Source: Escherichia phage AV118. From it: a stretch of 64,000 bases of DNA. Shown here in pieces: positions 27,259 to 35,840 of this stretch. The stretch lies in the sequence record OR352948.1; one strand, written 5' to 3'. A program made the translations under genes and the position numbers. The notes under the pieces are model-generated. The model saw only the letters and a list, made by a program, of their open reading frames with translations, had not been told where the DNA came from and ran no database searches. How positions within the stretch are numbered: position 1 is the first letter of the stretch; the number at the start of each line of letters is the position of its first letter.

Positions 27259-27627
27259 TTAATTAAATTTGTTTAAACGTTCAATACACTGGACGTAGTT
27301 ATTCGCGATTTGTTTCTGGATAGGCTCTTTACCAGTTGTTTCAACATAGCGAATGAATGCGATTTCAGTAGCCTGTAAGCAATGTTCTTTAACGCGCTGT
27401 TCTTTTGACATAGCTACAGTATCAGAATCACGATAACGTTGAGCATGGGCATCAGCTTGAATCATTCGATTACCTACAGTAACCGGGTCTTCCACTTCAA
27501 CTTTAGGTTGGTCGTACTGTTTAACATTCGGATTGTAAATCAATTGGCCGACGTTATTAGGGATAAAGCCATGGGCACCACATCCGGTTAATCCAAATAC
27601 CATTGCTAAAGCGATTAATTTTTTCAT
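27259..27627 (-). CDS. Lipoprotein (122 aa)
   Basis: Signal peptide with lipobox LTGC. Confidence 0.5.
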   Translation of the reverse strand: MKKLIALAMVFGLTGCGAHGFIPNNVGQLIYNPNVKQYDQPKVEVEDPVTVGNRMIQADAHAQRYRDSDTVAMSKEQRVKEHCLQATEIAFIRYVETTGKEPIQKQIANNYVQCIERLNKFN

Positions 27628-27698
27628 TTCAATTTCCTCTGTAGTTGATAGAAAGATAGTAACACAGTATGTGGTGCTTGTAAACAGTTATTTTAAAA

Positions 27699-27887
27699 TT
27701 ATCGAAAATCTGCTTCGAAAACTTTCTCGTCATTAACAAATGCTTTAACTAATGCTTTGTTCACTTCAGCAAGTTGTACCGTAACCCACTCGATTTCTTC
27801 GCGATCACCTGATAACATGATATCTTTAGTGAACATCTCACCGCTTTTAAACCAACCGATAAAAGTAACTTTAGTTAATTTGCTCAT
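27699..27887 (-). CDS. dmd: Dmd-like antitoxin (62 aa from ATG at 27887)
   Basis: F.GWFK...MFTKDI...AEVNKALVKAF pattern and about 60-aa size as T4 Dmd; located upstream of gene 41 region. Confidence 0.55.
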   Translation of the reverse strand: MSKLTKVTFIGWFKSGEMFTKDIMLSGDREEIEWVTVQLAEVNKALVKAFVNDEKVFEADFR

Positions 27888-28201
27888 ATTTCCTCGCAAA
27901 ATGCCCATTCAGCGTGATAAACTGTAGCGCCTTTAGTATCATTCATTTGAACTACATCTACCGGAGAAATTACTCGATAGAGACGTGGTTCACCTCCATA
28001 AGAGCGTGCTGCTCGTCCTGCATAAATCTTTGCTAAACCGATATCTTCAGTAAAGAATACACGATCCAAGTTTTTCTTACGTCCAGTTTCAGACAGAACT
28101 CCTGTTTCTTCAGGAGGACAAAGCATGTTTTCGATGTTAGCTGAACTACTTGAACCGTGATAAAAAATCTTAAATTCTACTTTACAATCGATGGTTTTCA
28201 T
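27884..28201 (-). CDS. hypothetical protein (105 aa)
   Basis: ATGA overlap with dmd; promoter with 14-bp inverted repeat upstream (about 28206-28255). Confidence 0.45.
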   Translation of the reverse strand: MKTIDCKVEFKIFYHGSSSSANIENMLCPPEETGVLSETGRKKNLDRVFFTEDIGLAKIYAGRAARSYGGEPRLYRVISPVDVVQMNDTKGATVYHAEWAFCEEI

Positions 28202-28256
28202 TTTGTTCTCCAGTAGTTGATAGGTCTATAATAACACAACTACTGGAGAAGTAAAC

Positions 28257-28631
28257 TTAAAAACGTAATTTAGATACATCTGCGTTGATTTCGGTTTGGT
28301 TTGCGTCGTATGCAATTAAACGAACCGCTTTAGATGGGTCATTCAATGCATAGAAATGATGGAACATTGCTCGAACGATATCACCATTTACGAGTTCTAC
28401 CTGGATAGGAGAACCTTTTTCGAGTTGGAAATGTTCATAAGCTTTGATGGTTCGCAGATAATCAAGTTTTTGATTTCCGGCTCCAACAATTTGTACGATA
28501 CGTTTGCCCATGTTTTCCATACGAGATACAATAGTTTTAGGAGCAAGAATAACGTAGGTTGCCAGCGGAGAAACTACTTCAACAGTTGTGTTTTCGGTGA
28601 TTGCAGTAAAAATTGCTTGAGACATATTCAT
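28257..28631 (-). CDS. hypothetical protein (124 aa)
   Basis: Minus-strand ORF downstream of promoter 28661-28690. Confidence 0.45.
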   Translation of the reverse strand: MNMSQAIFTAITENTTVEVVSPLATYVILAPKTIVSRMENMGKRIVQIVGAGNQKLDYLRTIKAYEHFQLEKGSPIQVELVNGDIVRAMFHHFYALNDPSKAVRLIAYDANQTEINADVSKLRF

Positions 28632-28660
28632 AATGTTTTCCTCTTGGTTGGTGTAAGTAC

Positions 28661-28690
28661 ATCATATCATGCCTAGAGGAAGATGTAAAC
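28661..28690 (-). promoter_or_regulatory. T4-early-type promoter (GTTTAC-N18-TATGAT)
   Basis: Read on minus strand. Confidence 0.45.
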
Positions 28691-28697
28691 CCCGAAA

Positions 28698-28718
28698 GGA
28701 GACCGAAGTCTCCTTTTT
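28698..28718. terminator. C(UUCG)G hairpin just downstream of gene 41; T-run on plus side, weaker U-run on minus side
   Basis: Plus ggagac-cgaa-gtctcc-ttttt. Confidence 0.45.
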
Positions 28719-28719
28719 A

Positions 28720-30162
28720 TTAAAATTTTAACTCATTGGCTAAGCTATCTAGGTCAGCACGTGTTGCTTTGGCTTTACCTACGCGTTCCGTACGATTCAC
28801 CTCTGCCTGACGCATCTGAGCACCTGCGTTTTCATTTACTGTGTTAGGTGTGTTCATGCCTTCTTGCTCAATCTCAACCCATTTCTGATTGCCTTTACGT
28901 ACACCCATCAGGAATTTATTCCACTTATTCTTATCGCCGTATCGTGATTTGATTTGTTTGATAAGTTGTTGTTCAGCTTGGGCAAGTTCTTCGGTTTCAA
29001 TTACAGCCAACATGAAATCTGCCGTTGCTGGTAAACCTGCTGATTCTGCGATATCACTCATGTTCATGTCTGAAGCATCCCATGCTGCACGTCCTACTTG
29101 AGCTGCAGTCCATAGAACTGTTTCAGATTCTACTGCTAATGCACGAAGTTCTTCTGCGATAGCTTTAACTAATGTGTAGCTATTTTCAGTGTAAACTCTG
29201 ATACGACAAGACCCACAAATACCTAAGTAATCAACCATGATTACAGATGGCACAAAGTTCTTCTTAAGTTTTAACTCATTAAGCAATGCACGGAATGTAT
29301 TAGCATTAGCTCCGCCAGTAGGATACTGTTTAACTACTAAACGTCCTAATGTTGTTTTTGAACGCCATTTTTCCATCTTGGCTTTATATTCAGCATAAGA
29401 TACGTTACCATCATCGATATCATCGAGTGATACGTCAAGCATGTTTGCATCTATACGCTTAGCACAAACTTCTTCAGCCATTTCCATGGAAATATAAAGA
29501 ACATTATGACCTGTTTGAAGATAATCTGCAGCAAGTGAACAAAGGCCTAAAGATTTACCGACGTTAACACCAGCCATTAAAACGTTTAGTGTACCTGTTT
29601 CTGCGCCGCCTTTGGTGATTTTATTCAAAATGTTTAATTTGAACGGGACCTTACGTGCTTTATTTAGATAAGAAAGCCAGCGTGCTTCGTAGTCTTCCAT
29701 CCAGTCATGTCCAACATAACTATCGAACGAAATTGAAAGTGCTTGACGCATAATATCAGGAATAGCTCCTACGTCAGGCATTTTCTTGTTACGTTGTTCT
29801 GGAGGTAGTTCAGCATTAGACTGAATCTCAATGATTTTGGATGTAGCATTATACATCGCTTTTTGCTGGACATATTTCTCAGTTTCTTTAACCAACCATT
29901 CATGGTCTTCAGGAGTATCAGCCAATTTTTCAATTAGGTCTGAAGTTCCTTTATATTCGGCTTCAGTTAAAGAACTGTTATCTAAAGCCACCTTTAACGC
30001 ATTGATAGATGGCATTGCATTATATTCGTTAACGTGGCTCTTTATAATTTTAAAGACATTTTTTGCCGGTCCACGCTCAAAATACTCAGAATCCATATAA
30101 GGCCAGACCTTAGAAAAATAAGCCTGGTCATATACGAGATGAGACAAAATAATTTCTACCAC
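28720..30162 (-). CDS. 41: Replicative DNA helicase gp41 (DnaB-like, 480 aa; GTG start)
   Basis: Walker A GVNVGKS, DnaB-family motifs; AAGGAG Shine-Dalgarno. Confidence 0.9.
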   Translation of the reverse strand: MVEIILSHLVYDQAYFSKVWPYMDSEYFERGPAKNVFKIIKSHVNEYNAMPSINALKVALDNSSLTEAEYKGTSDLIEKLADTPEDHEWLVKETEKYVQQKAMYNATSKIIEIQSNAELPPEQRNKKMPDVGAIPDIMRQALSISFDSYVGHDWMEDYEARWLSYLNKARKVPFKLNILNKITKGGAETGTLNVLMAGVNVGKSLGLCSLAADYLQTGHNVLYISMEMAEEVCAKRIDANMLDVSLDDIDDGNVSYAEYKAKMEKWRSKTTLGRLVVKQYPTGGANANTFRALLNELKLKKNFVPSVIMVDYLGICGSCRIRVYTENSYTLVKAIAEELRALAVESETVLWTAAQVGRAAWDASDMNMSDIAESAGLPATADFMLAVIETEELAQAEQQLIKQIKSRYGDKNKWNKFLMGVRKGNQKWVEIEQEGMNTPNTVNENAGAQMRQAEVNRTERVGKAKATRADLDSLANELKF

Positions 30163-30171
30163 GATAACTCC

Positions 30172-30513
30172 TTAAAAGAATTTAAATTTTTTCTTGGTTC
30201 GTTCATTAAAAGCTTGTTGTACTTGCATTGTAACACATTTTTCAACATGTGGTGCAAGTTCTGCTTTTCTGTCCTGGTCAAGAACTGCAAAGTCCATTAC
30301 GATTTTACCATCAACCCAGTCTAGTTTTGTAATATAGACTATATGATGAGAACCGTCTTCAAGTGTAATCAGAATCTCTTGAATGACATTTTCCATTGCT
30401 GAACGGATAATTTTAAGAGATTCATTAAACACTCGTTCTTTGCGAATGTCTTCCCCTTCCAAAGAAGGGGATTCATCAACGATTTCTAGATTTAAATCAT
30501 CGAGATTATTCAT
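30172..30513 (-). CDS. hypothetical protein (113 aa from ATG at 30513); positional analogue of T4 gp40
   Basis: Between 41 and uvsX as in T4. Confidence 0.4.
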   Translation of the reverse strand: MNNLDDLNLEIVDESPSLEGEDIRKERVFNESLKIIRSAMENVIQEILITLEDGSHHIVYITKLDWVDGKIVMDFAVLDQDRKAELAPHVEKCVTMQVQQAFNERTKKKFKFF

Positions 30514-31678
30514 CGAAATCTTCCATTTCGTCAAGGTCGTTTTCTATATCTGCTGCAGATGGAGCATCAGAAGTTTTAACCGGAACTTTAGTTGTTGCTT
30601 TGCAATTAATAAGGTCATTAACAGCGTCATCAACTTCTTTAATAGAAGAGATAGCACCTAGTTTATATTTAGTTTCAATTGCATCTCGGAAAGGTTTGTG
30701 TTTAAACAAAGGTCCCCAGAATTCTACACAATCAGTAGCTTTAGCACGCCATGATTTCTCTTCACGAATCATTTCACCTGTTTCTTCGTCAAGGAATTCA
30801 CGAGCATACCAACCAGCTTTAGGCTTAACCACAAAACCAATTTCAGTTGCCATTTCTAGCAAGCCGCTGAATGGGTCGATACCACCATCAAAATTAACCG
30901 TGATTGGGAAAGTAGATTTTTCTTTAACGGTGCGAGATTTTTCTGCTTTCAACGTGAAGTCATAACCGGTCAATTCTGTACCTTCTTTAACCTGACGTTT
31001 AGAGATAAAGAATACAGTGTTAGCAGAATAAAGAATACCTGTACCACCACCCATAATCTCTTTAGGATACAATCCGCCGATTTCCATTGCTGTATGGTTG
31101 ATTGCAACACACGGAATATCTTTAATAGTCAGATAAGGAGTCACAATACGGAAAAGAGATTTAAGTGCCTTAGCACGAGACATATCACCTACAACTTTCT
31201 CGTTCAATGCATCTTCAGTTTCTTTCTTAGATGCAGTATTACCGATTGAATCGATAAAGATAATAACTTTATCACCCCGTTCAATCGCGTCAAGCTGATT
31301 AGTCATATCAACTTTAAGTTGTTCGACGGATTGAATCGGAGTATGAACTACACGGTCTAAATCAACACCCATTGAACGAAAATAAGATTCTGAAGCACCA
31401 AATTCTGAATCATAGAACAAACAAATTGCATCTTTATATTTCTTCATATATGCTGCAACCATGGTCAGTCCAAACAACGTTTTAAAGTGTTTAGAAGGAG
31501 CAGCAAAAATAGTCAAGCCTGATTGCAATCCTGCATTCAGAGCACCACCTAGTGCAATATTCAACATTGGAATACGAGTAGGGACTTCATCACGATTATT
31601 AAACAGCTTAGACTTAGTCAAGTCTGCAGTCATTTTAGAAGTAGAAGCTTTAATCAGACGAGATTTTAAATCAGACAT
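30506..31678 (-). CDS. uvsX: UvsX recombinase (RecA/Rad51 family, 390 aa)
   Basis: RecA-fold Walker A region and overall T4 UvsX-like sequence. Confidence 0.9.
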   Translation of the reverse strand: MSDLKSRLIKASTSKMTADLTKSKLFNNRDEVPTRIPMLNIALGGALNAGLQSGLTIFAAPSKHFKTLFGLTMVAAYMKKYKDAICLFYDSEFGASESYFRSMGVDLDRVVHTPIQSVEQLKVDMTNQLDAIERGDKVIIFIDSIGNTASKKETEDALNEKVVGDMSRAKALKSLFRIVTPYLTIKDIPCVAINHTAMEIGGLYPKEIMGGGTGILYSANTVFFISKRQVKEGTELTGYDFTLKAEKSRTVKEKSTFPITVNFDGGIDPFSGLLEMATEIGFVVKPKAGWYAREFLDEETGEMIREEKSWRAKATDCVEFWGPLFKHKPFRDAIETKYKLGAISSIKEVDDAVNDLINCKATTKVPVKTSDAPSAADIENDLDEMEDFDE

Positions 31679-31731
31679 TGTATTTTTCCATAGGCATCAT
31701 TATATTTTACTCATGTTTAAAAGATAAGATG

Positions 31732-31756
31732 ATTATATACTAAGGGTTATACAGCA
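31732..31756 (-). promoter_or_regulatory. Candidate MotA-dependent middle promoter for uvsX (TGCTGTA box, 12 nt, TATAAT)
   Basis: MotA-box-like element with typical spacing to -10. Confidence 0.3.
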
Positions 31757-31776
31757 TTTAAAACTTTAAATGGCTC

Positions 31777-32325
31777 TTAACGAGCCCATTTGATGATTTC
31801 TGTAATCAAATCATTACGTTCGCTTGCATTAAATCCTATAACTTTGTTAGCACCATCATGATTAAGTAATTGATACGTTTGGATTTCGTTATGAATTGCA
31901 AACTCTTCAAAATGTGAAATGACTGTATTAAAACCGAATGAAGACAAAGTAATAAGGTCGTCTTCAAAACTTTCAGTCATTTCGTTACGTGTTAAAATAA
32001 TTGTGAACACATCATGGTTTTGGCAAAGACGAATATAATCCTGTTCATAAACGTCAAGAACCGAGTCCGCATCTTGTCGAATACGTCCGTAAACCCAGTT
32101 ACTAATATATCCACGGTCTAACAGATAAATCTTAGTAGGGTCTAAATAATTCAACATCGTTTCGAAACAGCCAACTTCATTTCGAGACTTAACATCGAAA
32201 CGTCCATCAACTGTTCGTTTAGGGAAATCAATCTTTACATATCTTTCACTAATTTCCATTATGTCATTAATGAAAGTTGTTTTACCAGCATTATCCGGTC
32301 CATCTACTAAAATAATTTTAGCCAT
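31777..32325 (-). CDS. P-loop NTPase, nucleoside/nucleotide-kinase-like (182 aa), in the beta-glucosyltransferase slot
   Basis: Walker A VDGPDNAGKTT near N-terminus; TAATG coupled to upstream 299-aa gene. Confidence 0.5.
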   Translation of the reverse strand: MAKIILVDGPDNAGKTTFINDIMEISERYVKIDFPKRTVDGRFDVKSRNEVGCFETMLNYLDPTKIYLLDRGYISNWVYGRIRQDADSVLDVYEQDYIRLCQNHDVFTIILTRNEMTESFEDDLITLSSFGFNTVISHFEEFAIHNEIQTYQLLNHDGANKVIGFNASERNDLITEIIKWAR

Positions 32326-32326
32326 T

Positions 32327-33226
32327 TTATTCCTCGATTACGACATCTTCATATTTAGGTATATTATATGGTGAAGAAATTAAAGCATTAAAGTAGATGA
32401 ACTCACCAAGACCTGGATGAAATACTTCTTCAGGATTTTCGAAATATTGAATCTTCGGACGTCCTTTAAGAATTTGATAGTACTCGGTTTTAGTTGGTTT
32501 AAAAATTCGAATCAACGCTTCTTCAGGATACTTATTTCTGTCAAAGCTATTATTTGGATCTGTTATATAAAGCGGTTGACCTAATTGAATTGCGCATTCA
32601 ACAACTTGTTCAAAACGATAGCATGGGTCACTAATTCGAAATGGATGAAAAATACCATCTAGATTAATAGGAGCCAAATCACCTACAAGACGCTGCATGA
32701 TGGAAGGACGTATAACTTTCTGCGTTACGATAATCTTATTACCATCTGCACCTGCGTTAACCAGCACTTCTTTTTGACGTTCATTCAACACAGTTGTTTG
32801 GATTGAACGATTAACCGACAATATGTCGGTTTTTAAGAATTCGTCAATATAAAAACGTGGTTTATTAGGGTCTGCGGTGATATTGAAATTGAATTCTACA
32901 TCAAAAGCGCCGTCATATCCAGTGATATCTGTGATTAGAAAATCACAATCATAATAAGCAATTAATGAATCAACCACAAATTCATTTTCAGACCAGAAAT
33001 ATTTACGAGTGTTATACGCGTTATCTTTATACCATAATGGAACAAACTTAAATTCTGGAAAAAGACGTTCGCATTCTTTAATATCAGATGCATTACGTGG
33101 ATATGTAATCACATCACCCGGATTAGCACGGTGCAAATGAAGTTGGAAGTTGCCATCCTTAAGGATAGCATACTGTCCAGTTTCATAAGACCGCATACTC
33201 AAGATAGGTACGCGGAAAATAGCCAT
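32327..33226 (-). CDS. Unknown protein (299 aa) in the beta-glucosyltransferase slot; candidate hmC-modifying transferase
   Basis: Translationally coupled to gene 42 (TAATG); no motif recognised by eye. Confidence 0.4.
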   Translation of the reverse strand: MAIFRVPILSMRSYETGQYAILKDGNFQLHLHRANPGDVITYPRNASDIKECERLFPEFKFVPLWYKDNAYNTRKYFWSENEFVVDSLIAYYDCDFLITDITGYDGAFDVEFNFNITADPNKPRFYIDEFLKTDILSVNRSIQTTVLNERQKEVLVNAGADGNKIIVTQKVIRPSIMQRLVGDLAPINLDGIFHPFRISDPCYRFEQVVECAIQLGQPLYITDPNNSFDRNKYPEEALIRIFKPTKTEYYQILKGRPKIQYFENPEEVFHPGLGEFIYFNALISSPYNIPKYEDVVIEE

Positions 33227-33942
33227 TAGTCAAGGAATCCTTTAACATAATCAAAATCACGTTCAAACACATGGGCACTTACCATGGTATGAGTATAATC
33301 ACCAACTTCTACACCACATTCGTTAGCGATATAATGAAGTAATTTTCCTTGGAGATAAAAATCCAACTGCATAACAACAGCACAGTTCTGAGAACGCATA
33401 TGACAGTGGGTATAAAGCTTACCATCACGAATATAATAAGTCACTGAGTCAGTACATGGATATTCAAGCGTTTCGTCTGAATCAAGCAAAGCCTGATCAG
33501 AACTTTCTAGAATTTGGAACACAACTCTTCGGGAGTTAGGCTTCTCTTTAAGTTCTTTTAGAAGAGCTGGTAATTGAGCCGCAATGCGAGGACCATAGAA
33601 AGTGTTGAAGTTCGCCGGCAAAACATCTGATTTTGGTTTAGAAATAAATTTAGCGACATTAGGATATGCCTTAAACGCTTCTTCTGCATTGGTACCACCA
33701 GAAATCATAAACTTCCAGAAGTCTTCGGCATATTCATAAGAGATGCGGTTAATACGTGGGTCGGTCATTTTGAATGTCGATGGAGTGTCAACAACTACTG
33801 TCATAGACCCAATTTCATTACAACGTCCAATACGAGAATCAGTTACGAATTCCGGGTTTTCTAAAATTTCACGATTGACTGCTTTAAATGCGGCTTGAAA
33901 ATCTGCGGCTTTGATATATTTCATTGTGTTATGTTTTCCCAT
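33226..33942 (-). CDS. 42: dCMP hydroxymethylase gp42 (thymidylate synthase fold, 238 aa)
   Basis: Catalytic Cys in YPCTD; MRSQN...D with Asp at the position that is Asn in thymidylate synthase (cytosine-specific). Confidence 0.8.
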   Translation of the reverse strand: MGKHNTMKYIKAADFQAAFKAVNREILENPEFVTDSRIGRCNEIGSMTVVVDTPSTFKMTDPRINRISYEYAEDFWKFMISGGTNAEEAFKAYPNVAKFISKPKSDVLPANFNTFYGPRIAAQLPALLKELKEKPNSRRVVFQILESSDQALLDSDETLEYPCTDSVTYYIRDGKLYTHCHMRSQNCAVVMQLDFYLQGKLLHYIANECGVEVGDYTHTMVSAHVFERDFDYVKGFLD

Positions 33943-33961
33943 GTTTACCTCAATACAATTT

Positions 33962-33985
33962 ATTATATACTCAATTTGTAAAGCT
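33962..33985 (-). promoter_or_regulatory. Candidate MotA-dependent middle promoter for gene 42 (AGCTTTA box, 11 nt, TATAAT)
   Basis: Box/spacing resembles T4 middle promoters. Confidence 0.3.
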
Positions 33986-34124
33986 TATTTGAATTTCTTG
34001 ACAATGTTGATATAACGTAAAGCTTCAGCATCGATACTTCCAAGAACACTATGAAGAAATGCGTCAGCGTAGTATTCCAATTGAACAGGTTTCTTTAATC
34101 ACTTTAGCCGCTTTAGTTTTAAAC

Positions 34125-34144
34125 AGGCCCATCAGGGCCTTTTT
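34125..34144. terminator. Hairpin aggccc-atca-gggcct followed by T5 on plus strand (terminator-like)
   Basis: Read directly; orientation ambiguous. Confidence 0.3.
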
Positions 34145-34221
34145 AAGAATTTGTTCGTTAGTGTTCAGTTTAATAGTCAAAATCTCTTCGTTAAGTTTAT
34201 AATTAAAAGTTTTTCTAGAAA

Positions 34222-35382
34222 TCATTCCGGGTACCTCAAAGCGTCATCAGAGTTAGTTATATCAATAATAGATATAGAGTTTTCTGCTAACCCGTTTTTA
34301 GATAATTGACGTTTATAATATCTTTCACAATATGTACACGTCGTCCCGCAGATTTCATTAGCACAATCGAAATCTGGATGTCTGAACCACCTTTTTTCTA
34401 AAAAGCCATCTAACAAAGAGGTTTCAATATTTACTGTATGTGAAAACTCAGTTTCGTTTTCAAGAGTGAAAATGGTCTCTAAAGGCTTCCACAGTTCTAA
34501 CAAATTACCTTCAAACTTTTCAGAAGCGTATGCTTCAAGAACTTTCAAAATGTAGTCTGTGCTACCTGTACGTCCTGAAACTTTGAATTGAGTGATACCA
34601 ATATCATTATAAAGTTTCAAATCTTGAGGACGAACAAAACGAGTTCTCAACCAGTTAAATGGGTCTGTATCACGAGCTTTAATACAGTGCTGCATAGGAT
34701 ATCCGTTTAAGGATTTAGCATCATCAGCTGTAACATCAGTACTATGGAAAATATAGCAAGAGTCACGATAGCTACAATGTGTTGTATACCCTTTACCAGC
34801 ATTAGAACAGAACTCATTTACAAGAACTTCAAATATTATATTGTTCTTATTGCAAAACTCTGCTGCACGCTTCAGGAAAGAAACTGAACGGTTCTTATGA
34901 ATTCCACAGCAGACCTTTTTGATATTATATTGGTCATGCAAGTATTTGATTTGAGTTACAGCATCGACATGTAGAATTGTTGAAACTTCAATCTCAATGT
35001 CTTTATTGACTTCACGAACAATTTCCATAACAACAGGGTTAGCGATAGTAATACGCCATACGCCTATTGACCAAAGATACTGAACATAATCCTGAATAGC
35101 TTTCTTCTTCCACTCAACTAGTTCTCTTTTTGAACCAGGATTTATCGTGTTGAGTGTATAGTTAAAGCAAATACCTAATTCGTTACAACGTTTAACGTAA
35201 TCTTCTAACATCTTTTTGTCAACGTCAGGAAGCCTAAAATCAGGTCTGGCTGCTACAAAAGCCATTTCTCTTGTAGAGCCGTATACTTCGTTTATCAAGC
35301 TATTAGGATAAGTTTTATTGAGCTCTACGATTTTATCAAGAAGAGCTAAATCAAAATTCGTTCCAATTTTAAAAGTATTCAT
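34222..35382 (-). CDS. Cys-rich enzyme of unknown function (386 aa from ATG at 35382; ORF track GTG start 35397), possible Fe-S / U32-peptidase-like TIM-barrel protein
   Basis: C-terminal CxxxCxxC (CGTTCTYC) plus further Cys pairs; N-terminal VYGS...ARPDF...ELGI.F.YTLNT pattern reminiscent of U32 family. Confidence 0.45.
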   Translation of the reverse strand: MNTFKIGTNFDLALLDKIVELNKTYPNSLINEVYGSTREMAFVAARPDFRLPDVDKKMLEDYVKRCNELGICFNYTLNTINPGSKRELVEWKKKAIQDYVQYLWSIGVWRITIANPVVMEIVREVNKDIEIEVSTILHVDAVTQIKYLHDQYNIKKVCCGIHKNRSVSFLKRAAEFCNKNNIIFEVLVNEFCSNAGKGYTTHCSYRDSCYIFHSTDVTADDAKSLNGYPMQHCIKARDTDPFNWLRTRFVRPQDLKLYNDIGITQFKVSGRTGSTDYILKVLEAYASEKFEGNLLELWKPLETIFTLENETEFSHTVNIETSLLDGFLEKRWFRHPDFDCANEICGTTCTYCERYYKRQLSKNGLAENSISIIDITNSDDALRYPE

Positions 35383-35438
35383 TTTTTTGCATCTCACGTT
35401 AATTGATGCGATGGTTTTTGCAGGTCTTACTTAAATTA

Positions 35439-35840
35439 TTATAGATTCGGTTTATATGATTTAAATGTTTCGAATTCGCCTTTATTCATAAGAGCTTTGA
35501 ATTCGTCAGGACGCATAGCTTTGTCGTCGATAATCCAATCATATACTGGTTTATGTGTTAGCAAATTATGGTACTTCAAACCAATGTTTTCCAAGTTCTG
35601 AATCAGACTTGGGAGAATGTCAATTGCTATACGTCCAGGACCTACTGACTTCATACCGCGAGCAGTGTAAAGCGTTATGGTATGCCCTGCATCATACAGG
35701 GCATTAATGGCAGACACCATTTCGACGTCTGGTTTGAAGTTCACGTAATCACGATTGTTATTCCACTCTGTTATACAATCATCGACATCAAAACAAAGAT
35801 TAAGCATGTTTTCTACACGGTGCATTAGATTCGTTCCCAT
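35439..35840 (-). CDS. HAD-superfamily phosphatase (133 aa), KdsC-like candidate sugar-phosphate phosphatase
   Basis: HAD motif I FDVDD, motif II TARG, Lys, and DD motif (WIIDD). Confidence 0.55.
   Translation of the reverse strand: MGTNLMHRVENMLNLCFDVDDCITEWNNNRDYVNFKPDVEMVSAINALYDAGHTITLYTARGMKSVGPGRIAIDILPSLIQNLENIGLKYHNLLTHKPVYDWIIDDKAMRPDEFKALMNKGEFETFKSYKPNL

Noticed and set aside
33943-34221. Possible small ORFs in the 279-bp intergenic region upstream of gene 42
   Set aside because: Only very short reading frames (15-22 codons), one starting inside a hairpin; the region is better explained by a middle promoter plus a terminator-like hairpin.
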